Shown: positions 39,001-47,791 of the stretch, one piece after another
Position numbering within the stretch: the first letter of the stretch is position 1
Layout of the letters: the number at the start of each line of letters is the position of its first letter
The notes under the pieces: model-generated
Database searches by the model: none
What the model saw: the letters and a program-made list of their open reading frames with translations, nothing else
What the model was told of the DNA's origin: nothing
Origin: a virus
Direction: 5' to 3' (one strand)
Length of the DNA stretch: 64,000 nt
UHGV virus genome: UHGV-1364187
Translations under genes and position numbers: made by a program

Positions 39001-40410
39001 TAAATTAGTTGATGTGAGTTCTTTATCAGTATCAGGACCAAGAATATCATCTAGTTTAATATTGTTTATTTCTTTTTGTCTTAGTTCTTTATTAAGATTT
39101 TCTAAACGGTCTAATCGTTGTTTGCTTATTTTACCACTATTATCTTGCTCAGCTGCCATTTTCAATATTAATTCTTTAAACTCTGGATCGTTCTCTAATT
39201 CTTCCATAGTAGCTTCTATATCTGAAGATTTTTCTGCAGCATTTTCAATTCTATTTAATAATTCTTTTTCATCTATAGAACCATCTTCTCCAGTAAGAGA
39301 ATTGATCTTGATTTTAGCCTTACCAGTTTCTAGTTTAGATAGAATAGCCATTACAATAGATTTTGTTGATGAATTATTATTAGCCATGCTATCTTGTTCT
39401 TCTGGTGGAATTGGCAAATTGTTTTCAATGATATTAATAAACTTATTAAATTTGATATAAGTTTCATTGTTGATATCATCTACTACTAATTTGAATTGAG
39501 TATTACCATTAGTAAATACAAATTCTTCACCAGATAGAAGTTCTTTAATCTTATCTGGATTTCTTCTTAATAATCTTGAGAATAATGATATAGGATTGAT
39601 ATTTTTCATATCTAATGTAGAATTCACACCTTCTGGAAGATTCCTATACCAACCATCAACAGGTATATATGACACTTTATTATATGAATCAAATCTTTCA
39701 TCTTTAATAAATCTATGAAGTAGTTCTAAGTATAGATATATACCTTTCATATTACTCATATAATTATTTTTAAAGAAATTTTCATTATAATAAAAGAAGT
39801 CTACATACATATTACGTCTTCTATATTTGTCCATATAAAGATATGCGTATTTGATAGATTTACATTCTTTCTTAATCTTATCATATACCAATACTACATC
39901 TTTTGGTGTTTTAAATCTTTCTCTATATAGTAATTGTTTTAAGATTTTATTGTATTTTGAAGATGATAGAATATTACTATTATCTTCTGCTTCTAGTAAA
40001 GAATTTAGTTTATCATTGTTAATGATTGTAATGCTAGATTCATCCATAATATAATCAATTCCAAATTCATTCATAGCTTCTAGTAAACCTTCTTTAGTTT
40101 GAGTATATAGATATCTATGTTTCTCTACATCTAATACCGTTTCGTTGATTATACTATCTTCTTCTAATATAATATCATCACTGTTTGATAAGAATGATTC
40201 TTGAGATATAATAAACGAAATATCTTTCTCAATATAATATGAGTCATATTGTTTATTACAATCTTTTGTATTGATAATCTTTATAGATTCATCAATATTT
40301 GGTGTTATTAAAAACATAATACTATCTTTGAGTTTATTTTTCGTATTGAACGGAAAATAAACAGGTTTATTGTATAATTTCATATTCTTTAAATCTTTAT
40401 ATAAAATCAT
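36073..40410 (-). CDS. Multisubunit RNA polymerase beta-like subunit (1445 aa, highly divergent)
   Basis: C-terminal KLAVGDKIVDYSAVKGVCRTVL matches beta GDKMAGRHGNKGVVSKI. HTILCVASTLARMTGAPI matches VLNPLGVPSRMNIGQI. The mid-region KRSYDPSMINILACATNFAGNSG matches [23 protein letters not shown]. GGAGG RBS. Confidence 0.8.
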   Translation of the reverse strand: MILYKDLKNMKLYNKPVYFPFNTKNKLKDSIMFLITPNIDESIKIINTKDCNKQYDSYYIEKDISFIISQESFLSNSDDIILEEDSIINETVLDVEKHRYLYTQTKEGLLEAMNEFGIDYIMDESSITIINNDKLNSLLEAEDNSNILSSSKYNKILKQLLYRERFKTPKDVVLVYDKIKKECKSIKYAYLYMDKYRRRNMYVDFFYYNENFFKNNYMSNMKGIYLYLELLHRFIKDERFDSYNKVSYIPVDGWYRNLPEGVNSTLDMKNINPISLFSRLLRRNPDKIKELLSGEEFVFTNGNTQFKLVVDDINNETYIKFNKFINIIENNLPIPPEEQDSMANNNSSTKSIVMAILSKLETGKAKIKINSLTGEDGSIDEKELLNRIENAAEKSSDIEATMEELENDPEFKELILKMAAEQDNSGKISKQRLDRLENLNKELRQKEINNIKLDDILGPDTDKELTSTNLSTRIDTVNEEEWSNLKYMNIENDYDVNKDIINCITELLTKSSYPVAVRDIKIEDSSTSEDYKDTYTVFCEDSFGKRFQFKFDVPKFKDNKFLIIKGNDKTINGQLLLLPISKTDPDTVQIVSNYNKIFIKRYGQKSDSVTDRLIKTINKTDKIKSTIGDCTLANNIYDVPYTYEYLASQYNKLETKDVIVYLNQKEIRTKYNIEKVPQGKIPIAYHKTSKEVIYSSFPDVPNKILDLLIGDDNELRELYNNTTKGKKYIYSRASILNTQIPLAIIICYQIGLTEMLKKANIKYTIKEKLDQSDKKADNADFIRFSDGYIVFECTNSSNLLLNGIKDVTTEIYSIGDIDSKSMWIEILDNYGPRAKLSDGIENFYDCMIDYITLQSLIHYGLPTEFTDILLYANDLLASTQYSNHTNMDAYRYRSNEIVAAYAYKELAYAYNDYKNKIKKGFKNATISMKQSAVIDEVLMANTAGDYSYTTPIGELEAINALSTKGHSGMNADRAYKADKRSYDPSMINILACATNFAGNSGIVRQATINMNVDTIRGYIKTTKNRDDMNITSSFSIQEALTPYGVTRNDAMRSAMDFIQTSKHQLPTKISFPSLITNGADQALPYMVTNNFAFKAKKNGTVETITDDYMIVTYSDGTHDFIDLRNNIRKNSDGGFYITLQLSTELKVGDKFKANDIIAYDKFSFDHAYGANDNLTYSMGLLTKVAIMSTEEGFEDSTIVSEYLSDALTSYIDVKKDVSMDKNAILLDIVKKGDYVQEGDTLLVFQDAYDEEDVNALMKSLSGDVELVSDLGRFTIKAKANGIISDIKVYRTCEIDELSDSLKKFVTEIEKPIKKIKSAQKKYGIDYIYGLESTEALPVVGKLKNIESGILIEIYLEYEDKLAVGDKIVDYSAVKGVCRTVLEKGKEPTSSYRPDEKIHTILCVASTLARMTGAPIIVGAINKAMIELDRHAKDLAGIKWKYLDQM

Positions 40411-40442
40411 ATATAATACCTCCTAATCTTATTAATATGGAT

Positions 40443-40454
40443 TATTTAAGTGTT
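40443..40454 (-). promoter_or_regulatory. Late-promoter-like motif AACActtaaaTA (minus strand), 31 nt upstream of the beta gene ATG
   Basis: Pattern AACA-N6-TA, read directly. Confidence 0.45.
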
Positions 40455-40510
40455 ACATAACTTAATAATAAAGGAAAATACATATATTTTTTACAAAGGA
40501 GGAGTTCAAT

Positions 40511-40867
40511 ATGAGACGAGAATGTAAACTCAGTTTGCACTTTAGTCAATTAGTTGATGGGGAGGTGGCTATAAGACATATAAGAAAGAATGTTCTATAT
40601 GATGAAATTATACGATCATTTGTATACTCTTGTAAATTAAATAATAATGATCCTAATTATATTAGCTTTATTAATAAAGAGTATCTATTGTTTATGATTA
40701 AGAAATATAACGGTTGTATTATAAGATATAAGAGAAAATCTATTCTTATGAATGAAAATTGTTATAATGAATTCATGCAATTACAAAATGATTTTAAGAA
40801 TAATCATAAATTATTAGAGCTTGCATGTTTTTATTATTTTAACATTATGCCACCCGAATTAAGATAA
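40511..40867 (+). CDS. Hypothetical protein (118 aa)
   Basis: AAAGGAGGAG RBS. Confidence 0.5.
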   Translation: MRRECKLSLHFSQLVDGEVAIRHIRKNVLYDEIIRSFVYSCKLNNNDPNYISFINKEYLLFMIKKYNGCIIRYKRKSILMNENCYNEFMQLQNDFKNNHKLLELACFYYFNIMPPELR

Positions 40868-40903
40868 ACATATATATAAACCAAAAAGAAAGGTGTGATA
40901 CTA

Positions 40904-41401
40904 ATGGCTTTTAATAATAATCTTATTACAAGCTCAAGACAAGTTGAAGTTGATATTTTCAGACTTGAACTTCTTATCGATTCAGAAACGAAACAAGTTA
41001 CATATAACCAAGATTTAATTCCTGGCAAAGTAACTCAAAGTGCTAGTGGAATTGTTAGTGTATATGATCCACATAGAGAATGTAATGTTCAGATTGTATG
41101 CAATAACAGAGATATTATTGAAAGAAAAGTTATTGACAATGGTGAGTATATTAAATATTCTATCAATTGTTCAAAAGCTAGAATTGCAGAATTCAAAGAA
41201 GCTTTAGTAAGATATGCAAGAGCTAAAGAGGCAGAATTGCTTACAGCTTATCAAAAAGCTGTAGAAACAAAAACCGAACTCATTGCACAAATTGATGCAT
41301 ATTTAGGTGCTAAAGATGAAGATAATACAACTCATTCTGGTGGAACTTCTACAGATCAAGAACAACTTCCAGAAGGTTCAGGCACAACTACAACATCTTA
41401 A
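40904..41401 (+). CDS. Hypothetical protein (~165 aa) with a Thr/Ser/Gly-rich C-terminus
   Basis: Start chosen at MAFNNN with an AAAGGTG RBS. Confidence 0.5.
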   Translation: MAFNNNLITSSRQVEVDIFRLELLIDSETKQVTYNQDLIPGKVTQSASGIVSVYDPHRECNVQIVCNNRDIIERKVIDNGEYIKYSINCSKARIAEFKEALVRYARAKEAELLTAYQKAVETKTELIAQIDAYLGAKDEDNTTHSGGTSTDQEQLPEGSGTTTTS

Positions 41402-41475
41402 TTATTAAGAATATAAAGTACTGATTACATTTGAGTAATCAGTACTTTATATTTTATTTAAGGAGGCTAAATTAT

Positions 41476-42219
41476 ATGAGTAAGAAAAAATTATTACTAT
41501 TCACTATGTATAATAAGAATATTTATAGTGAGTTATTCTTTGAAGATTCATTTGAAAAAGAAAACGTAACCCCTCAAATGTTAGATAACTTAAGAGGAGA
41601 GATTTTAACAGCACTTGGTGAATCACACTATCAATATGATATAGATGATATTAGAAGTAAGTGTGATAGAATTATAGATGACATTTTCAATAGAAGTAAT
41701 AAACTAAATAAGACACATAATAAAGAAACAGATAATGTATGTGTTAGTGTTACAGAAGATTACATCGAACTTGTTGTTGGAATTTTACCAAACGGTAAAT
41801 GTACAACTCATAAATTTACGATAGATCAATTCAATAATCTTAAATCTACATATGCATCTAAAGATATAATTAATATTATATCAAAATATATATCTCCAGA
41901 ACAAAATTTTGATGCTGAATTTATATATGAAAAAGCAAAAACAAAAATAGAAGATTTTATATTAAACAGTGAAAGATATATGCATATAATCACAAATCAA
42001 AACAGCGATACTATATCTATTCCTCGTATTATTATAGGAAAAACATCTAAAGGTGTAGATGTAATTTCTGATACTACTATAGATGAAGCTATAAGTAATA
42101 CAAAAACGGAATTTGTGTCAAAAATTGAAAGATATACAAACAATGTTCTTATAGAAGAAGGAACAGTATTATATAACCCATATCTTATTTGGGAATCTTT
42201 AAACACTATTGATAAATAA
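41476..42219 (+). CDS. Hypothetical protein (~247 aa)
   Basis: Start chosen at MSKKKLL with an AAGGAGG RBS. Confidence 0.55.
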   Translation: MSKKKLLLFTMYNKNIYSELFFEDSFEKENVTPQMLDNLRGEILTALGESHYQYDIDDIRSKCDRIIDDIFNRSNKLNKTHNKETDNVCVSVTEDYIELVVGILPNGKCTTHKFTIDQFNNLKSTYASKDIINIISKYISPEQNFDAEFIYEKAKTKIEDFILNSERYMHIITNQNSDTISIPRIIIGKTSKGVDVISDTTIDEAISNTKTEFVSKIERYTNNVLIEEGTVLYNPYLIWESLNTIDK

Positions 42220-42233
42220 GGAGAGATGTAATT

Positions 42234-42899
42234 GTGAAATGGTATGAAGTTTATGAAAAAATAGAACAATTTTTAGAAAGAAATCAAGCATTTGTTGGTG
42301 AAGTTGATGTTGCTATGTTAACATCTTTACTCAGTGTAAATATGCGTTATGGTGAAAATATTAGTGTTGATGATAATTATATTTGCAAAATGGCTATTGA
42401 TCTTATTAAAGATCAAAATACTATTACAAATAGAATTATTAATAAGTATTTTAGATGTTGTATAGATAGATTTAAAAAAGAGGTATTAGAAACATACAAT
42501 TATATTAAAATAAAAGTAAAAGAAACAAAAATTCAAATTTCATTTGCTGGAGACTCAGATTTATCTGTTATCAAAGATCAATTACAAGAACTTGTTAAAG
42601 CTTATGAAAATGAACCATATATTAAATTCTGTCATTGTTTCTTACCAAGAGAAGTTGTTATTTCTAAAGGATTTGATACTGGTATTGTAGATCTTTTAGA
42701 TGAAGTTCTTGGAGATAAGCAATTGAATTATATTGGAAAATGTAAAACATTTGAAGAATGTATGGAAGCTTTACCAGAAGCAAGAGAAAGAGTTGCTAAA
42801 GATGTATATAGAATTCATGTACTTGGGACTTTTGATATTGCTAAAGGTGTTAAAGAAGAAATTAGGCTTTCTAGTAATGATAAAGTAATTTTAGTATAG
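42234..42899 (+). CDS. Hypothetical protein (221 aa), GTG start
   Basis: AAGGAGAG RBS followed by a GTG start codon. Confidence 0.5.
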   Translation: MKWYEVYEKIEQFLERNQAFVGEVDVAMLTSLLSVNMRYGENISVDDNYICKMAIDLIKDQNTITNRIINKYFRCCIDRFKKEVLETYNYIKIKVKETKIQISFAGDSDLSVIKDQLQELVKAYENEPYIKFCHCFLPREVVISKGFDTGIVDLLDEVLGDKQLNYIGKCKTFEECMEALPEARERVAKDVYRIHVLGTFDIAKGVKEEIRLSSNDKVILV

Positions 42900-42916
42900 G
42901 AAGGATGTTTATTAAT

Positions 42917-43309
42917 ATGAAGAAAGTATTTTTAGGCGGTACATGTAACGAAAGTACATGGAGAGACGAGTTAATTAAATTACTTAAGATTGATTATTTT
43001 AATCCAGTAGTAAAAGATTGAACAGAAGAATGTATGAAAGAAGAAATTAAACAAAGACAAATTTGTGATTATTGTCTTTATGTAATTACACCTAAGATGA
43101 CTGGTGTTTATTCTATCGCTGAAGTTATAGATGATAGTAATAAAAAACCAGATAAGACTATCTTTTGCTTTCTAAAAACTGATGGTAAATTAGTATTTGA
43201 TTTAGGTCAAATTAAATCACTTAATCAGGTAGGAAGTATGGTTGTTAGAAACGGTGGCAAATTCTTCAAATCTTTAGAAGAAGTGGCTAATTTTTTAAAC
43301 AATAATTAG
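42917..43309 (+). pseudogene. Nucleoside 2-deoxyribosyltransferase-like (Rossmann-like) gene interrupted by an in-frame TGA at 43019-43021; either a pseudogene or a readthrough gene
   Basis: GGAAGGA RBS then ATG. MKKVFLGGTCNESTW...YFNPVVKD-TGA-TEECMKEEIKQRQ.. continues in the same frame into ORF 43034..43309. KVFLGG..W resembles the KIY(F/L)AG..W N-terminus of N-deoxyribosyltransferase-fold proteins. Confidence 0.4.
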
Positions 43310-43441
43310 TGCAATAAACATCTAAAATACATATAGAAATATACGTATACTCATTATATTTGATGAGTATACGTATATTTAATGTCTAATAAACACTATA
43401 ACATCATAGTAATTCTAGATATTTTAAGGAGGAATTTATTT

Positions 43442-44305
43442 ATGGAAGAATTTAAAAGTGTAATTAAAAGAAATGGTAAAATTGTAGATTACGATAGAAA
43501 TAAGATTAAAACTGTTGTTAGAAATAGTGGTCTTACAGATGAAGATAAATTAGAAGAATTTACATTGGAAGTTGAAAAACGACTACTAATAGAAAATGAA
43601 TCAGTTGATCATCAAGGTATATTTGATGTTGAACTAATTCAAGATATTATCATCCATCTGTTAGGACTATTAGGATATAAAAACGAACAAAATGAGTATA
43701 AGAGATATAAGAAAGAACGAGAAAAGATTAGACAGTCTAAATCTGATTTATTAAAAGTGGTTCATTCATTAGGTGTTGAAACTGATAGAGACAATGGGAA
43801 TGTTGGTAATAACTTCAGTGCCAAGTTATTACGTATTGCTAGCGAAACAAATAAATGTACGAATCTAGCATTAAATATTCCTAAGCATTTAGCGAAACCT
43901 CATGAAAATCATGATTACCATACTCATGATCTAGATAGTTATAATCTTACTACAAATTGTTTACATAATGACACTGGTGCTATATTAAAGAGAGGATTTA
44001 ATACTGGATATGGGTGGATTAAACCACCTAAAAGAATCGAATCAGCTGCCAACCTTACATGTATTATTATTCAATCACTTCAGAATGATTTTTATGGTGG
44101 GCAATCTTGTGTTGATATTGATAATGACCTTGGTGAATATGTAGAACCAACAAGACAAGAAATTATTGAAAGATTAGAACCTACAAGAAAATATGTACCA
44201 GAAGATGTATTCAATGATACAGTTGAAAGAATGTTAGATGAACAAATTCATCAAGCAGCACAGAATATTTGTTATAATCTTAATACTATGCATAGTAGAG
44301 CAGGT
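43442..44305 (+). CDS. nrdD: Anaerobic ribonucleoside-triphosphate reductase NrdD, exon 1 (ATP-cone and N-terminal region)
   Basis: AAGGAGG RBS. MEEFKSVIKRNGKIVDYDRNKIKTVV is an ATP-cone. HDLDSYNLTTNC...NLNTMHSRAG is colinear with class III RNR. The 3' exon boundary is approximate. Confidence 0.75.
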
Positions 44306-45463
44306 CAAGATGACTTAGCCGTGTTAGATAGAAATATCTAATATGATTATCGGGGAAATTCGGTAGAGGTCTAAGTAAGATTATCAATTAAAAAGAAATG
44401 ATGATATTTATGAATTATAATAAAACTGAAATTGAAAGATTATATTTTGAAGAAAATATGACATATGATCAAATATCTGAAATTGTAGGATGTTGTAAAT
44501 CTACTATAGGAAATATTATTAGATCAAATCCAAACTATAAAAAGAAATCACAAACACTATATAGTAATCCATTATTAGATGAAAATTATTTTGAAATAAT
44601 AGATACAGAAGCAAAAGCTTATATATTGGGACTTATGATAACAGACGGGAATGTTTGTTATTATGGTGATGGATATCGTATTAGATTACAATTAAAATAT
44701 GAAGATTCTTATATTTTAGAATTCTTTAAAAATCAGATTCACTGTTCCAATAAACTTATTGTTGATAAGCGAGATGGTTCTATTGCATTTAGTATAAAAT
44801 CAGAAAAGATGTTTTATGATTTATCTAAATATGGAGTAGTTCCTAATAAAACTTTAAATAATTATGTTCCACCAAATATACATCCAATGCTAATGCCTCA
44901 TTTAATAAGAGGAATATTTGATGGTGATGGTTGGATATCAAAATCGTTTGATAAAAATGGAAAGAAACATATAGCTATTGGTATTTGTGGAAATGAAAAT
45001 TTTCTTCAACAATTCAGGATATATTAGTAATAAATGCTCGAGTAAATATGAATATTATAAATTCTTATAGCTCAATTAATGAAGCTCCATTATACCAAAC
45101 AATGTGGTGTTCTATTGGAGATATTATTAGATTATATAGTTATTTATACATAGGTGCTAATATATATCTATTTAGAAAATATCATACTATAATTGATATA
45201 ATTTTATATGAAAATACCGAGAGGGCTTTAATCGAAAGTCTTTGTAACGCATAGGAGTTGAACGTTATGATAGTAAAAATACTCCCAAGAGTCTCCGACA
45301 CAATATACTATAGGTATATTTGAGGTGGAAATTGCTCACCACCAAACCTAACGTTAAACGAGGGTGAATATATATGCTAGGCTGGATTGGAAATGACCAA
45401 TCGATGAAAATGAGGGAAACCTCCAGAGGTCTAGATAAAAAGCTAGACGTTAATAACAGTCCG
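44306..45463 (+). mobile_element. Group I intron 1 in nrdD (~1158 nt) carrying a LAGLIDADG homing endonuclease ORF
   Basis: Separates ..MHSRAG from SQVPFSSLN, which are contiguous in NrdD homologs. The 3' portion has CCGAGAGGGCTTTAATCGAAAGTCT and GAGTCTCCGACAC core elements similar to intron 2, plus a terminal hairpin gtctag..ctagac and a final G. Confidence 0.65.
44398..45027 (+). CDS. LAGLIDADG homing endonuclease (two motifs) with an N-terminal helix-turn-helix, encoded inside nrdD intron 1
   Basis: AYILGLMITDGNV is motif 1 and HLIRGIFDGDGWIS is motif 2. Confidence 0.8.
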   Translation: MMIFMNYNKTEIERLYFEENMTYDQISEIVGCCKSTIGNIIRSNPNYKKKSQTLYSNPLLDENYFEIIDTEAKAYILGLMITDGNVCYYGDGYRIRLQLKYEDSYILEFFKNQIHCSNKLIVDKRDGSIAFSIKSEKMFYDLSKYGVVPNKTLNNYVPPNIHPMLMPHLIRGIFDGDGWISKSFDKNGKKHIAIGICGNENFLQQFRIY

Positions 45464-45766
45464 AGTCAAGTTCCATTTAGTAGTTTAAATATTGGACTTC
45501 CTAAAAATAAAAATGGTGCTAGAGTATGTATGGCATTATTAGAAGAATACGATAAAGGTATGGGAAAAGGAGAACAAATGATTTTTCCTAATATTATCTT
45601 TAGATGTAAAAAAGGTATTAACAAAAATCCTAATGATCCATATTATTATTTATATGATAAAGCTTGTGATGTAGCAAGTAGACATATGAATCCAACATTT
45701 ATGAATATTGATAGTAAAATTAATATGGAGTTATGGAAAAAAGGTATTACACCTGCAATCATGGGT
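45464..45766 (+). CDS. nrdD: NrdD, exon 2
   Basis: SQVPFSSLNIGLP...FPNIIF...PAIMG continues NrdD; the exon ends with ...ATG GGT immediately before the in-frame TAA. Confidence 0.65.
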
Positions 45767-46075
45767 TAACAGAAAATGTTACACGGTTTCTACAGCTCAT
45801 GTAAAACCTATCTAAACAGGGAAAGCTCATAAGAGTCAATCCTGTGCTAAATTCTAATATTATATAGAATATATAATTATTTATACATTGTATATAGTAC
45901 TAGATAAATGCCGAGAGACTATCGAAAGACTATTTTATATAGAATCAAGTAGAGTAGGATACAAGTGTATTCGAAAAGATAGGCTTAGATATTTATATTA
46001 TCTATGAAGATATAGTCCGACACCTATAGTGATATAGGAAAGATTATGGAAACGATAATCTTATAACAAGAAATG
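45767..46075 (+). mobile_element. Group I intron 2 in nrdD (ORF-less, ~309 nt)
   Basis: Contains an exact S element AAGATATAGTCC (gaAGATATAGTCCgacac), GCCGAGAGACTATCGAAAGACT (shared with intron 1 and the beta' intron) and an IGS-like ACCTAT complementary to the exon end ATGGGT. The intron ends in G, and the junction restores the conserved MG-CR motif (PAIMG|CRTYVG). Confidence 0.7.
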
Positions 46076-47035
46076 TGTAGAACATATGTAGGTACAAATA
46101 TCAATGGTCAAGAAGGACCATCTAGAAGAGGAAATAATGCACCTGTTACTATTAATTTACCTAGATTAGGTATTAAAGCTAAAGGTGATTTAAATAAATT
46201 CTGGAGTTTATTAGATGATATGCTTAATTTATGTAAAGAATCTTTATTACATAGACATAGTATATTATGTAAACTTAGAGTAAAAGATTTACCATTTGCT
46301 GCAGGAGAAGGTATTATGATGGGTTCAGAAAATCTTGGACCTGATGATACTATCGAACCAATTCTTAAGAACGGAACATATGGAATTGGATTTGTAGGTT
46401 TAGCTGAAACATTAGTAGCATTAATTGGTAAACATCATGGTGAATCTAAAGAAGCTGACGAATTAGGATATAAAATTGTAAGTCACATTAGAGAATATTG
46501 TGATAAAACTAAAGAAGAGACACATCTTAATTTCTCATGTTACTATTCACCTGCTGAAAGTACAGCTGGAACATTTGCAAATGCAGATAGAGAAAAATAT
46601 GGTATTATTAAAGGAGTTACTGACCATGATTTCTATACAAATTCTGTTCATATTCCAGTGTATTATAATATCTCTATTAAAGATAAGATTGATATTGAAT
46701 CTAAATATCATTATTTAGGAAATGGTGGTCATATCTTTTATGTGGAAGTTGATGGATATCCATCTAAAGAACAAATTAAGAAAATTGTAGATTATGCGTT
46801 TGATCAAAGTGATATTAGTTATATGGGAATTAATTTCCATATTAGATATTGTAAAAAATGTGGTAAACGTGTAACGAATAATGTTATGGTATGTGATTGT
46901 GGAAGTACAGCTTTCCAAGGTATTAGTCGTATTACTGGATATTTAGCCCTAGATGGAAGATGGGGTCAAGGAAAAGTTGCAGAAAGAAAAATGAGAGTAT
47001 CGCATACTACAGGTAAAAATGTATATACAGAATAA
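46076..47035 (+). CDS. nrdD: NrdD, exon 3 (C-terminal glycyl-radical domain and zinc ribbon)
   Basis: CRTYVG..INLPR; CKKCGK..CDCGS zinc ribbon; glycyl-radical motif SRITGYLAL. Confidence 0.75.
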   Translation, partial: CRTYVGTNINGQEGPSRRGNNAPVTINLPRLGIKAKGDLNKFWSLLDDMLNLCKESLLHRHSILCKLRVKDLPFAAGEGIMMGSENLGPDDTIEPILKNGTYGIGFVGLAETLVALIGKHHGESKEADELGYKIVSHIREYCDKTKEETHLNFSCYYSPAESTAGTFANADREKYGIIKGVTDHDFYTNSVHIPVYYNISIKDKIDIESKYHYLGNGGHIFYVEVDGYPSKEQIKKIVDYAFDQSDISYMGINFHIRYCKKCGKRVTNNVMVCDCGSTAFQGISRITGYLALDGRWGQGKVAERKMRVSHTTGKNVYTE

Positions 47036-47039
47036 CAAA

Positions 47040-47076
47040 TAAGAAAGAGATCATTAAGATCTCTTTCTTTAATTTT
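47040..47076 (+). terminator. Terminator hairpin (aagaaagagatc-attaa-gatctctttctt + T-run)
   Basis: 12-bp stem followed by TAATTTTTAT. Confidence 0.65.
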
Positions 47077-47095
47077 TATAAGGGGGTAAAATATA

Positions 47096-47386
47096 ATGCC
47101 TAATGTGTTTGTTGTATATAGTTATAATACATATAGAATGTATACATTATTAATATTACCAATAAAACATACTAGCAAATATAGAATTGTAAATCTTACA
47201 AATTTATATGTATCATCTTGTACATTTGATAGTATAGAAGATGCTATATGTGATATATTTAGATATCAGTATAATAAGAAGAATAAAGTTATAACTAGTG
47301 GATTATATTATAATATAGTAAAATTAATATGTTCACTTAGTAAAGGAAAGTTTATATTGAATAATGAAAAAGAGATATGGTACTAA
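47096..47386 (+). CDS. Hypothetical protein (96 aa)
   Basis: GGGGGT RBS-like sequence. Confidence 0.4.
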   Translation: MPNVFVVYSYNTYRMYTLLILPIKHTSKYRIVNLTNLYVSSCTFDSIEDAICDIFRYQYNKKNKVITSGLYYNIVKLICSLSKGKFILNNEKEIWY

Positions 47387-47449
47387 TCATATCTCTAAAC
47401 ATTTTTTCAATCATATATTATATATATGAATAAAAACTTATAAAGGAGA

Positions 47450-47791
47450 GTGTTTTATATGATTAAAGAGATTAAGATTGGTGGAATTAGAAGAACAAGA
47501 TGTGGGTATTATATCTTAAATATTAATGGTGATAATATTTGTTATATCTTTGATGATTCAGAACGTTATAATAAGATTATTATGTATAGAAATATTGAAG
47601 ATATTCCTTCATTATTATCTATTAAAAGTTCTGGAACTAATATTATTTCTATTAAAGGTATAGCTATAAATACAAAGAATAAAACAATTATAATACAAAC
47701 AAAAACTAAAACATATTGTATTAAACCAAAAGAACATAATAAATTAACATTTGAAGACATGTATGAAAGATTAGAAAGGATGTGTAAATAA
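47450..47791 (+). CDS. Standalone paralog of the NrdG N-terminal extension domain (113 aa)
   Basis: AAAGGAGAG RBS. MIKEI.., EDIPS, GIAINTK..II.QT and YE.L.R blocks are shared with residues 1-105 of the next gene. The stop overlaps the next start (TAATG). Confidence 0.5.
   Translation: MFYMIKEIKIGGIRRTRCGYYILNINGDNICYIFDDSERYNKIIMYRNIEDIPSLLSIKSSGTNIISIKGIAINTKNKTIIIQTKTKTYCIKPKEHNKLTFEDMYERLERMCK

Noticed and set aside
42917-43309. Genome-wide TGA-to-Trp recoding (genetic code 4) as the explanation for the in-frame TGA
   Set aside because: TGG Trp codons are used normally, including within this same gene. At least one gene (24043..24846) terminates with TGA. All other long ORFs are intact under the standard code.
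43382-43441. Upstream ATG (43382) as the nrdD start
   Set aside because: No RBS there. A perfect AAGGAGG precedes the ATG at 43442, where the ATP-cone begins.
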